From the NCBI GenBank assembly GCA_027322285.1, contig DAHVRV010000001.1:42367-106366 (forward strand): DNA of 64,000 nucleotides. Direction: 5' to 3'. Source of the stretch: Actinomycetota bacterium (GTDB lineage Bacteria; Actinomycetota; Acidimicrobiia; Acidimicrobiales; Acidimicrobiaceae). Positions 21,973 to 31,191 of the stretch are shown here, piece after piece. Within the stretch, counting starts at the first letter, position 1. Each line of letters starts with the position of its first letter. Position numbers and translations under genes: made by a program. The notes under the pieces were generated by a model that saw only the letters and a program-made list of their open reading frames with translations, searched no databases and was not told the DNA's origin.

Positions 21973-23281
21973 GTTGACCAGCGTCCTGGGACGTATCGAA
22001 GGTAAATCGTTGCCTACAAAGCCCGATGTAGTTGTAATCGGGGGTGGTATCATCGGGCTCTCGATCGCTCTCGAAATTGTTGAGATGGGCATGAGCGTGA
22101 GCATTCTCGAGCGTTCAAAGGTCGGATCAGCTCAGTCCACTAGGAATTGGGGATTTGTTCGTCAACAGGGGCGCTCCATCGAGGAGCTTCCGCTGATGAT
22201 CGAGGCAAACCAAATGTGGCGTGACCTGGAAGCAAGGTTGGATTATGACCTCGAGTGGGCGGAAGGGGGAAACCTTCGTCTAACTGACGACTCAGCTCGT
22301 GCAGAAAATTACCTTAATTGGATCGATACAGCTAAGTCATTTGGGCTCGATAGCAGAACGGCATCACCTGAGGAGGTCAGCAGAATAATCCCTGGCTTCA
22401 CTGGACGATACTTGATGGCCATTCTGACGCCCAGTGACGGCCAAGCCAATCCCACGAAGGTTGTTGGAGCGTACTTGCGTCAACTTCTATCTAGAGGCGT
22501 AGAGATATATGAAGACTGTTTTGTTAGCGAAATCGTTACTGAAGCGGGAAGGGTGGTGGGTGTACGGACAGCCGACACTCTCATAGCTACTTCAAATGTA
22601 GTTGTGGCCGCGGGCGTCGGGTCAGCTTCGCTACTTCGAAAGCTGGGGCTTGCGGTGCCAGTCCAATATGTATCTCAAACAGTGGCTCTGACAGGTGCCG
22701 TGCCGCCAATAACCCAGGCATGCGTGTGGACGGGACAAGTTGGATTTCGTCAGGCTCGTTCGGGGAGCATTGTACTGTCTACAGGAGGGCACGGAGAGAT
22801 AACCATTGATTCAGGTACCATCAAGAACCTTGTTTCTCCGTCCTACCTAAAACAAGCAGTTCCAATGTATTGGAAAAATAGGGAATACCTCAAGGTGCGT
22901 CCCCGTGAATCTCTCAGAAGTCTTTTGAGGGGCAACCAACACCTGAAGAACAACCACGGTGCTGTTTCTTACACCGATGTGGTTAGTTCACTGAAGACCA
23001 TGGAAGGTTACTTTCCAAAACTCAACTGGGACATACTTCTCGCATGGTCTGGAGTGATAGATGCTACACCTGACGCTCTCCCGATCATAGATGCAAATTT
23101 ACAACCAAGCGGATTGATAATAGCCACCGGCATGAGCGGGCATGGTTTTGGAATTGCACCAGCAATAGGAAAAGCGGTTGCTGAATTAGTGACAAATGGA
23201 AGTTCTAAGCACGATCTTTCCGCATTCTGCCTTGGAAGATTTCGTGACGGCACAGCAAAAACACCGCATCATTTACTTTGA
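21965..23281 (+). CDS. FAD-dependent oxidoreductase (DAO family; PuuB/SoxB-like)
   Basis: 438 aa. N-terminal dinucleotide fold VVVIGGGIIGLSIALEI..SILER. Overlaps the GS-like gene by 8 nt. Confidence 0.8.
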   Translation: MAELTSVLGRIEGKSLPTKPDVVVIGGGIIGLSIALEIVEMGMSVSILERSKVGSAQSTRNWGFVRQQGRSIEELPLMIEANQMWRDLEARLDYDLEWAEGGNLRLTDDSARAENYLNWIDTAKSFGLDSRTASPEEVSRIIPGFTGRYLMAILTPSDGQANPTKVVGAYLRQLLSRGVEIYEDCFVSEIVTEAGRVVGVRTADTLIATSNVVVAAGVGSASLLRKLGLAVPVQYVSQTVALTGAVPPITQACVWTGQVGFRQARSGSIVLSTGGHGEITIDSGTIKNLVSPSYLKQAVPMYWKNREYLKVRPRESLRSLLRGNQHLKNNHGAVSYTDVVSSLKTMEGYFPKLNWDILLAWSGVIDATPDALPIIDANLQPSGLIIATGMSGHGFGIAPAIGKAVAELVTNGSSKHDLSAFCLGRFRDGTAKTPHHLL

Positions 23282-23523
23282 TATTGAAAGGGGATTCTCT
23301 CATACGTGTTGGCTGATAGCACCACCGACAAAGTAGCTCAGCCTGCTGTTATTATTGAAGTCGACTAAAATACAACATCTGCGTGACAATGTTAAATAGT
23401 ACCTTACTGAATCTTATGAGCGTATCTATTTGATTCCGCCGTTAATTCATATTTAAGCAATGTTAAACAGAGTGTTTGTGCCTTGCCGACTTCTCCATCA
23501 TATTATTTAGGAGGATAGTTTTC

Positions 23524-24969
23524 ATGCCAGTTAAAATGTTAATAGATGGAGAATGGACCGAATCATCGAACGGTCGTTCATTTGAATCTATTGATCCCGC
23601 TACAGGGGAAGTACTTGAAATAGTTCCCGAAGCAACAGCTGAGGACGTTGATGCAGCCGTCGAGGCCGCATCAAGAGCTTTCCATTCACCGTCATGGGCT
23701 GGCATGCTTCCTTCGGTCAGGGCGCGGCTGCTTTGGAGAATCGCCGATGTTATTGAAGATCATCTTGATGAACTAGCTAAATTAGAGACGCGAGATCAGG
23801 GGCAACCATTCGGGATAAGCAGTGCCATATCCATTCCTAATGCCGTAGAGCACTTTCGCTATTATGCTGGATGGGCAACGAAATTGCATGGTACGACGGT
23901 GCCGCTGTCTATGCCGGGGGTCGATTATCGTAACCGACGTGAGCCGCTTGGTGTTTGCGGGCTGATTACGCCATGGAACTTTCCCTTTATGATCGCTTCG
24001 TGGAAACTTGCACCAGCACTCGTCACCGGGAATACTGTAGTTCTCAAACCACCAGAACAAGCATCTTTATCTACCATCCGTCTTGCGGAGCTCTGTGTCG
24101 AAGCTGGCGTTCCAAATGGGGTTATCAATGTCGTCACTGGTGGACCGGCAGTAGGCCAGGCGATCACTCGACATCCTAAGGTTGCAAAGATTTCTTTTAC
24201 CGGTTCGACTGAAGTGGGTCGTGAAATCGGTGCGGAAGCAGGGCGCAGGCTTGCGCGGGTATCACTTGAACTCGGAGGCAAGGCACCCAGCATTGTAACT
24301 CCGGATGTTGATATCGATGCAATAATTGAAGGCAATATCATGGGTGGATTATTAAATTGCGGGCAGGTATGTGCTGCATATACTCGTTTTTATGTTGATC
24401 GCAAGCGAGCCGATGAATTCGCTGAAAAAATGGCAGCGGTAGCCAGTCAAATGCAGCTCGGAAATGGATTAGATCCAGAAACTGTACTTGGACCGCTTGT
24501 CTCCCAAGAACACCTCGATCGGGTCAATAATTATGTGAACATTGGAAAATCAGAGGGTGCGTCCGTGCTTACCGGTGGGGTGCGTGCCGACGGAGATGGC
24601 CTCGCGGACGGCTTTTTTTACAAGCCAACCGTCTTTGCAAACGTCAGTGATGAAATGACCATAGCCAAAGAAGAGATATTTGGACCCGTGCTAAGTGTGA
24701 TACCTTACGATGATCCCGATGAATTGGTTAAGCTCGCCAATAATACTGACTATGGTTTAGCCGCTGTGATTTGGTCTCATGACATTTCAGTTGCCAACCG
24801 TCTCGCAAACGCGATTAGGGCAGGGACTATTTGGATTAATCTCCCGCCATTCTTGGATGCTGCGGCACCTTGGGGCGGAATGAAAGCATCTGGAATTGGC
24901 CGCGAGATGGGTTGGGAAGCAATTGCGTCATATACGGACATCAAGGGGATATGGACTAATTTGACATGA
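23524..24969 (+). CDS. NAD(P)-dependent aldehyde dehydrogenase
   Basis: The track ORF starts at 23476. ATG 23524 (MPVKMLIDGEW) follows AGGAGG. ALDH motifs FTGSTEVG, ELGGKAP and the catalytic-Cys region LNCGQVCAA. Confidence 0.9.
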   Translation: MPVKMLIDGEWTESSNGRSFESIDPATGEVLEIVPEATAEDVDAAVEAASRAFHSPSWAGMLPSVRARLLWRIADVIEDHLDELAKLETRDQGQPFGISSAISIPNAVEHFRYYAGWATKLHGTTVPLSMPGVDYRNRREPLGVCGLITPWNFPFMIASWKLAPALVTGNTVVLKPPEQASLSTIRLAELCVEAGVPNGVINVVTGGPAVGQAITRHPKVAKISFTGSTEVGREIGAEAGRRLARVSLELGGKAPSIVTPDVDIDAIIEGNIMGGLLNCGQVCAAYTRFYVDRKRADEFAEKMAAVASQMQLGNGLDPETVLGPLVSQEHLDRVNNYVNIGKSEGASVLTGGVRADGDGLADGFFYKPTVFANVSDEMTIAKEEIFGPVLSVIPYDDPDELVKLANNTDYGLAAVIWSHDISVANRLANAIRAGTIWINLPPFLDAAAPWGGMKASGIGREMGWEAIASYTDIKGIWTNLT

Positions 24970-25117
24970 TCTAAAGCCCACGATCTGGAGAGAGGTTCTC
25001 TGAACTACCAGGGGCTACGACATGTCATAGGCATTAGCTCCTGGTAGGAATGGTCAGCGAGGGGGTTTGCTCGTGTAGTCAAGTCCGGAGTCGGTTGGTT
25101 GAGATTGCTTCGGTAGC

Positions 25118-25169
25118 TGACCGGCTCCCAAAAAAGTGATCAAGTGGAGCAAGTTTTGGGAGCCGGTCA
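25118..25169. repeat. 16-bp perfect inverted repeat between convergent genes (candidate bidirectional terminator or protein site)
   Basis: TGACCGGCTCCCAAAA (25118-25133) and TTTTGGGAGCCGGTCA (25154-25169), separated by 20 nt. Lies between the ALDH stop and the LivM-like stop. Confidence 0.5.
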
Positions 25170-25387
25170 ATGTGATCCGTACTTATACGCGTAGGGCCAC
25201 ATTAGGTGATACAACAAGAGCCCTAAGCGCTGCTCAGTGTTGACAAATCAGTGGAAATCTCACACGTCACTTCGGCCTAGATGTGACCACTGGATTGGTC
25301 CCCATCCCGCGTTAGTCCACTACTTCACAAACCCGATGGAGCTGATCACTTGTTCCGCTGTTGAGCCACTCAAAATGAGCTGGCACA

Positions 25388-26464
25388 TCACACCTCATCT
25401 ACAAGGGTAACCTCGTTCGGCTCCTCCTTGCCCACTGCAGACACAACCGCTACGTTTTCGTCACCCGCGAAATCTGACACAGGTGAAGAAGCTGCCTGGG
25501 CTTTCTTCCATAACCTACTAAAAGCTCCTACAAGCCCCGACGGTAGAAGGCGGAGAATAACTATTAAAATAACCGCATAAACCCCTAGGGACAACACAGT
25601 GGGAAGTTGAGGAGGCAATGACGGGCTCGTTCCCAAAGATGTCAGCAGCTGCGATACCACAGTTATTAAGGCCGCACCGACAAAAGCCCCCGATACGGTT
25701 CCGATGCCGCCGACCACAACCATGATCACGAATTCGATAGAGAGAACGACTGGAAAGGCATCAGGCGATACGTAACCGATAAAGAAAACGTAGATTCCAC
25801 CAGCTATACCTGCAAATGCAGCGGATAGCGTGAAATCCTTCAATTTGTAGCGTTCCACCTCAACTCCGGTGGCAGAAGCCCCAGAAACACTGGCCGCCAT
25901 CGCCCGGAGTCCCCTGCCAGGCCGAGAGCGGGTTATATTTCTGGCGATGACCAGAGTGACCACGACGACAATCCATACCAAATATGCGTAATCTCGTCCC
26001 GAACTCATCGCCAAAGGTCCAATTCGAAGACTCGGAATAGCGCTCAGGCCAATGGAACCTCCGGTCAAAGAAGCGGTCTCTGGAATAACCGCGAGAAAGA
26101 TCAGCTGGACCGCAAGCGTGCCAAAAGCAAGCGCGTGACCTTTTAATCTAAGAAGTGGCAGACCAACGAGAAACGCCAAAAAAGCAGTGGCGATCGGCGC
26201 CACGATCAATGCCGCCAACGGAGACCAACCATGCAAGGCCAAAATTGCCGCAGTGTAGGATCCGACTCCATAAAAAGCGGCTTGCCCCAATGAGACTTGG
26301 CCGGCGAACCCCATCAGAAGCGACAATCCGGCTACCACGATGGTGTACAACCCTATTGTGACATAGATTTCAGTATTGGTAGAAGAAAGAAAAAGCGGGA
26401 GCGCGAGGGTAATCACACCTGCCGCCACAATCGCATAAATAGGGATTTTTCGACTCGCACGCAT
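25388..26464 (-). CDS. Branched-chain amino acid (HAAT family) ABC transporter permease, LivM-like
   Basis: The track ORF runs to 26506. ATG 26464 (MRASRKIPIY) lies 2 nt after the LivH-like stop. Polytopic, with the typical GQVSLGQAAFYGVGSY motif. Confidence 0.85.
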   Translation of the reverse strand: MRASRKIPIYAIVAAGVITLALPLFLSSTNTEIYVTIGLYTIVVAGLSLLMGFAGQVSLGQAAFYGVGSYTAAILALHGWSPLAALIVAPIATAFLAFLVGLPLLRLKGHALAFGTLAVQLIFLAVIPETASLTGGSIGLSAIPSLRIGPLAMSSGRDYAYLVWIVVVVTLVIARNITRSRPGRGLRAMAASVSGASATGVEVERYKLKDFTLSAAFAGIAGGIYVFFIGYVSPDAFPVVLSIEFVIMVVVGGIGTVSGAFVGAALITVVSQLLTSLGTSPSLPPQLPTVLSLGVYAVILIVILRLLPSGLVGAFSRLWKKAQAASSPVSDFAGDENVAVVSAVGKEEPNEVTLVDEV

Positions 26465-26466
26465 AC

Positions 26467-27321
26467 TCACTCCAAGCTTCCAACGGGCGCCCGCTTCGCT
26501 TGCCAAAGCAGAAGTACGATAAGTAGGGCCAGCGCTACGGCTGTCTCATTCGACGGTGACCAGTAACCGGCTACAAACTGCTCGGCAATACCAAATACAA
26601 GTCCTCCAACTACAGCCAACCCAGGACTGGTTAGTCCCCCTACGATTGCCGCTGCAAAACCCGTGATAGACAGCGAAACGTCTCCACTATAAGTAATTGG
26701 CGATAGAGGCGTCACCAGCACCCCACCGAGCCCGCCGAGCGCGCCACCAAGCGTGAATGCAATCAGACCCATTTTTTTCACGTTGATGCCAGATAGCCGG
26801 GCAGCGTAGGGATTGGATGCGCATGCACTCATGGCTTTCCCAAAATAGGTACGCCCAAATCCATAGAGCAGAGCAACAAAGACCACAAGGGAAACAATGA
26901 GGACTATAAGATACTGGCGCTGGATGAAGGCGCCAAAAATCACAAAATCGTGACCAGCGAGTCCCGAAAATGTTATGGGTATGGTGCCCCAAACCAGCAT
27001 GGCGATAGCTTCGCTAAGGATCGAAAGTCCGATGGTGATGACAAGTGACGCAAGCAACGGGACATCTCCGCCGATAGCAATAATCCCGAATACCAATCCG
27101 ATGAGAGCGGCGGCAAGAATCGCCAGTACTTCTGACACCCCGTGAGGCACTCCGGCGTTAAGGAGTGAGTACGCGATCAGTCCGCCGAATATTGCAAAGG
27201 CTCCCTGTGCGAAGTTGACCACTCGAGTGACCCGGTAGATTAGGACAAAACCCATAGCCAGCAGGGCAAAAACTAGCCCTCTCGCAACTCCGGTAAGCAA
27301 ATACTCTACAAATGCAGTCAT
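26467..27321 (-). CDS. HAAT family ABC transporter permease, LivH-like
   Basis: 284 aa. The LivH-type N-terminus (YLLTGVARGLVFALLAMGFVLIYRVTRVVNFAQG) is characteristic. Confidence 0.85.
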   Translation of the reverse strand: MTAFVEYLLTGVARGLVFALLAMGFVLIYRVTRVVNFAQGAFAIFGGLIAYSLLNAGVPHGVSEVLAILAAALIGLVFGIIAIGGDVPLLASLVITIGLSILSEAIAMLVWGTIPITFSGLAGHDFVIFGAFIQRQYLIVLIVSLVVFVALLYGFGRTYFGKAMSACASNPYAARLSGINVKKMGLIAFTLGGALGGLGGVLVTPLSPITYSGDVSLSITGFAAAIVGGLTSPGLAVVGGLVFGIAEQFVAGYWSPSNETAVALALLIVLLLWQAKRAPVGSLE

Positions 27322-27324
27322 CTG

Positions 27325-28038
27325 TTACCTTATGCCCCCAAGATAGGCAGCACGAACAGCTGGATTCCTAAGTAGATCAGATGAACGTCCTTCCAACCCG
27401 ATGTACCCATTTTCGATGACATAGGCTCTGGAAGTAATGTTCAGAGCCAACTGGGCATTCTGCTCAACCAACAGCACGGCTGTTCCATTCTGCTTGTTCA
27501 ACTCGACTAAATGTCTGGCAATATCCGAAACCACCAGTGGTGCCAGGCCTTGAGATAGTTCGTCAACAGCAATGACATCTGGATTTGCCATCAACGCCCG
27601 GCAGATTGCAACCATTTGCTGCTCCCCGCCCGATAAACTACCGGCACGACGCTTTCGCAACCTCTGAAGCTGTGGGAACAACTCGTACATTGGGGCGGTA
27701 TCTCTCGATCCTCCCCTGTAAGCACCGAGGCAAATGTTGTCATCTACTGTCAAATCGGGGAAGACCTGCCGTCCTTCTGGTACATGGGCCAGCTTTCCAT
27801 TACGCAATATCCGTCCGGAAGCAGGGCGGTTTATTCCTGACAGGGTATTGAGCAAAGTGGATTTGCCGGCACCGTTGGGACCAATAAGCGCCACCATTTC
27901 GCCCTTGGCGACATGGATACTCACTCCATGCAGCGCGACGACGGCACCATAGCGCACAACCAAGTCGACCGTAGCCAAAACACTGTCGCTGACAGCCAAC
28001 AAATCAGTGGACGGCGCGGTACTGTCAGTTGACTTCAT
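27325..28038 (-). CDS. HAAT family ABC transporter ATP-binding protein, LivF-like
   Basis: Walker A GPNGAGKST, signature LSGGEQQM, Walker B VIAVDELSQGLAP, C-terminal AYLG. Confidence 0.85.
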   Translation of the reverse strand: MKSTDSTAPSTDLLAVSDSVLATVDLVVRYGAVVALHGVSIHVAKGEMVALIGPNGAGKSTLLNTLSGINRPASGRILRNGKLAHVPEGRQVFPDLTVDDNICLGAYRGGSRDTAPMYELFPQLQRLRKRRAGSLSGGEQQMVAICRALMANPDVIAVDELSQGLAPLVVSDIARHLVELNKQNGTAVLLVEQNAQLALNITSRAYVIENGYIGLEGRSSDLLRNPAVRAAYLGGIR

Positions 28039-28825
28039 GGCTTATCGCAGTACCTAGGTAAGCGGATATGACCGCCGGATTCTCGCGGATCTCATCTGGG
28101 GTACCATCTGCTATCACTTGCCCCTGATCCAAAACACTGATCCTGGGTGCCACCTTGGTGACAAAATCTACGTCGTGTTCGATCAAAATCATCGTCAACG
28201 CATTTTCATGCAGCTTCTCTAACAGGGAAAGCAGCTCCCGTCGTTCATCTCCCCTGAGTCCCGAAGCAGGCTCATCCAACAGTAACAGCTTTGGCATGGA
28301 GCAAAGAGCGCGCGCGATCTGGAGCGCTCTTTGCCTACCCAACGGCAATGATTCCGCCAATTGATTCGCGTACCGTTCTAGGCCTACCATCGTTAAAGCC
28401 CATATTGCCTTGTCTCTAATGCCTCTCTCTTCATTCCGGCAACGCGGCAGACGTAAAGACGCCTCTAGCCATTCGTGCTTCGTCCAGGAATGACCTCCAA
28501 CCATGACATTCTCTAATACAGTCATGCCGCTAAATAGGTGTACCGCCTGAAATGTTATAGATATCCCCAACTTCGCTCGGGCGGCGGGGGACTTGTTCTC
28601 TATGCGATTGCCCTCAAAGACCAGACTGCCTCTATCGGGATAGAAATGACCACTGATCAGGTGAAATAGCGTGGATTTTCCAGCGCCATTGGGGCCGATC
28701 AGCCCGCGCAGTTCTCCTTCGGCAATACTAAAAGAAACGGAATTGACTGCTTGAACTCCTCCGAAGCTGAGGGTCAAATCTCGAGCTACTAAAAATTCGC
28801 CGGCCTCAGCCACCCCGCGCACCAC
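28025..28825 (-). CDS. HAAT family ABC transporter ATP-binding protein, LivG-like
   Basis: Walker A GPNGAGKST, Walker B LLLLDEPASGL, C-terminal ISAYLG. The signature position reads LPLGRQRAL. GTG start. Confidence 0.85.
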   Translation of the reverse strand: MVRGVAEAGEFLVARDLTLSFGGVQAVNSVSFSIAEGELRGLIGPNGAGKSTLFHLISGHFYPDRGSLVFEGNRIENKSPAARAKLGISITFQAVHLFSGMTVLENVMVGGHSWTKHEWLEASLRLPRCRNEERGIRDKAIWALTMVGLERYANQLAESLPLGRQRALQIARALCSMPKLLLLDEPASGLRGDERRELLSLLEKLHENALTMILIEHDVDFVTKVAPRISVLDQGQVIADGTPDEIRENPAVISAYLGTAISHEVN

Positions 28826-29600
28826 CTGAGGGCTTATTTTGACCGCATAAAACTCTTAAGACTTCCAAGCTTTATTCCCCTCCGACCTTTTCAAGATTAA
28901 ACTCTTTCTTCAGGTTCTAAAGTTCCATTGCCCAGACTTAGCCTCAAATCCTATGAAAACCGCAATAACCGGCTATTTTAGGATTTCGCTGAGTCTGAGA
29001 ACTCGACTCCCGAACCGGAAGCGCACTGTTTGCATATTGATCACTATCAAAGACTGGCCAGCCCTCACTATACACTTATTTGGCCTTCGATAGCCATGGC
29101 TTTGCACACCCAACTTTTGGGACTGCCCATTTGTCCAGCCAGCTCTCTGCCTCAATGAGACTAAGCCCCAAATCCGGTAAACTGACCCGTCAAACAGTAC
29201 AGCTCGACATCGCTGTAGGAGTTGTTGGCTCCGCATTAACTCACCGCCTCAGTGGAACGCTTCATTTTTGAAACATCCCACCTGCCATTCCTTTCACAAA
29301 TTTGGCTGGTACTCCATAACCACAGACCTCGCTGGTTACCGCCAGCCAAATACGGCGCAAACTAAACCTGGCCAGTGGCAGCGCGCGGATCCCGGATTTC
29401 CGGGTCTCGCCCTTCAGCTTCTATGATGCCAGCCGAATATTTACGACCGACATCATAGAAGCCACCTTCAACAACTCATCAAACTCCTAATTTGACGGGT
29501 ATACCTGGCCTTCGTTTACACCTGACTTAATTCCGCTCTTGTCGGAGGCATGTCATTTGCAACCGAAACACTAAACCACTTCAGGCAACCCATGCATAAA

Positions 29601-30902
29601 TCAGGGTGTCTTGGCAATCATGGCCTTGGTGAACGCTGTCGGAACCAAGGTCCCATTTACATCCCTTGCAATTGCAACCTGGTCGACACTCAACCCTGAG
29701 TGATCGGTAGGAGTGAAATTGTAGGTGCCATCGCCTGTCGTGATTGTCATATGATTCAGCGCGGTGTCCACACCTTGTGCCGTGGCACCATTGGAACCAA
29801 TTGCTTTGGCAATCATCGCTATTGCCCCGCCGGCATCAAAGCCGAATTCCGGAGGATAATACCCATTGTTCTTCTGGAAAGTATTCGCGAAGCCCGTGAT
29901 CACCGACCTACCCGGATAATTGGCAGGCAGATATGGTCCGATTCCTCCGATTGAACTTGCAATTATTACCCCGTTGCCGGCTGCACCAGCTGGCTTCGTG
30001 TAGAGAGTGGACGCTTCCGCATGACTAAATAGCAAAGGAATGGTAAGCCCGAGCGACTTAAACTGACTAGTCAACGCGACTTCGGCAGGACCAGCACCCC
30101 AAACCATTAGGCCTTGAGCGCCCGACGACTTTACGCCCGTGAGGACAGAGGTAAACGTAGTTGAGGTAGCAGAAAACGTTCCACTGTAGACGAAATTGAT
30201 GCCATAGTCGGAAGCCAATAATTTCATTTCGTTCCAACCAGCCTCACCAAAAGCGGTCGTGTCGTAGGCTACTGCCATTTTAGTTAGACCCTTGTACTTC
30301 ATGTATGCCAGCAACTGCTGACCAACTATCGAAGTCGTGGGCGGTGTCATAAAGACGTACGGCCTCACGGGAGTAACCTGAGAATCATCCGCACAAGTAT
30401 CGATCGCTGGTATCTTGGCTGCTTCGACATCGGAGATTATTGCCATGCACGCCGATGAAAAAACTGGTCCTACCATCGCTACGACGCCATCCGATTGTAG
30501 AGTCTTGAAGTCCACTACCGCCTGGGTCGGGTTGGTGGCATCATCCTCCACGATGAGATCTATCTTTCTCCCGCCAATTCCTCCGGCAGAATTAATGGCA
30601 TTCACCTCTTGCTCCGCACCAAGTTTGTCATTGGTGCCCAGCGGAGTGTATGGCCCGGTTAACGAAGTAATCATTCCAATCTTGATTGGTCCCTTGGCAG
30701 CAGCACTCTGCGCCGTAGTGCCAGCGCTTGAATTAGAGCTGGCGGTCGAACTCGCATTGGAGCTGGATCCGCAGGCAGCCAAAAGCAACGACGCCGAAGC
30801 AACTGCTATAGCCACAACGGCCGATTTCTGAGACCTCCTTCGCTTTGCACGAAAAAAACTTTCAAATAAGCCTCTATTTCCCCCGGAATGTTCACTCATC
30901 AT
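29601..30902 (-). CDS. ABC transporter substrate-binding lipoprotein, LivK/type-I periplasmic binding fold
   Basis: 433 aa. Signal peptide with lipobox LLLAAC, a Ser/Thr-rich linker, then IKIGMITSLTGPY...GAEQEVNAINSAGGIGGRKI, typical of Leu/Ile/Val-binding family proteins. Confidence 0.85.
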   Translation of the reverse strand: MMSEHSGGNRGLFESFFRAKRRRSQKSAVVAIAVASASLLLAACGSSSNASSTASSNSSAGTTAQSAAAKGPIKIGMITSLTGPYTPLGTNDKLGAEQEVNAINSAGGIGGRKIDLIVEDDATNPTQAVVDFKTLQSDGVVAMVGPVFSSACMAIISDVEAAKIPAIDTCADDSQVTPVRPYVFMTPPTTSIVGQQLLAYMKYKGLTKMAVAYDTTAFGEAGWNEMKLLASDYGINFVYSGTFSATSTTFTSVLTGVKSSGAQGLMVWGAGPAEVALTSQFKSLGLTIPLLFSHAEASTLYTKPAGAAGNGVIIASSIGGIGPYLPANYPGRSVITGFANTFQKNNGYYPPEFGFDAGGAIAMIAKAIGSNGATAQGVDTALNHMTITTGDGTYNFTPTDHSGLSVDQVAIARDVNGTLVPTAFTKAMIAKTP

Positions 30903-31191
30903 TTACCCCCTAAATGTGTCGTACATTTGTTGCTGCGATCTGCAGCAGTTATGTGCTCCCTCGGCTGCCAGAACAGCCTTGAGATAGGAAATCGTGATAC
31001 CCCTATATGACGAATAACATGAACCATTGCTCTCGTCGCAGCGGAGGTATTGCCATGTTCAGCCGCAACTTCAACCCACCTGCAATATCTTTCGCCGCCA
31101 TTGACGAGAACTAGAAACATCCCGCGCACATCTCGATTACGCATCCCCCCAGTCTGAAAATTAACTTCTCAGAACGGCCCGCCAGTTAAAC

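Noticed and set aside
30064-30073. Perfect 10-bp palindrome TGACTAGTCA resembling the core of the TetR-type operator
   Set aside because: It lies inside the binding-protein coding sequence, has no associated -35/-10 elements, and its flanks diverge from the 16-mer (the right half matches poorly). Probably chance.
30899-31144. 81-aa minus-strand ORF between the PaaK-like gene and the binding-protein gene
   Set aside because: It overlaps the binding-protein start, has no SD and has implausible composition. The 289-nt interval is more likely a promoter or UTR region.
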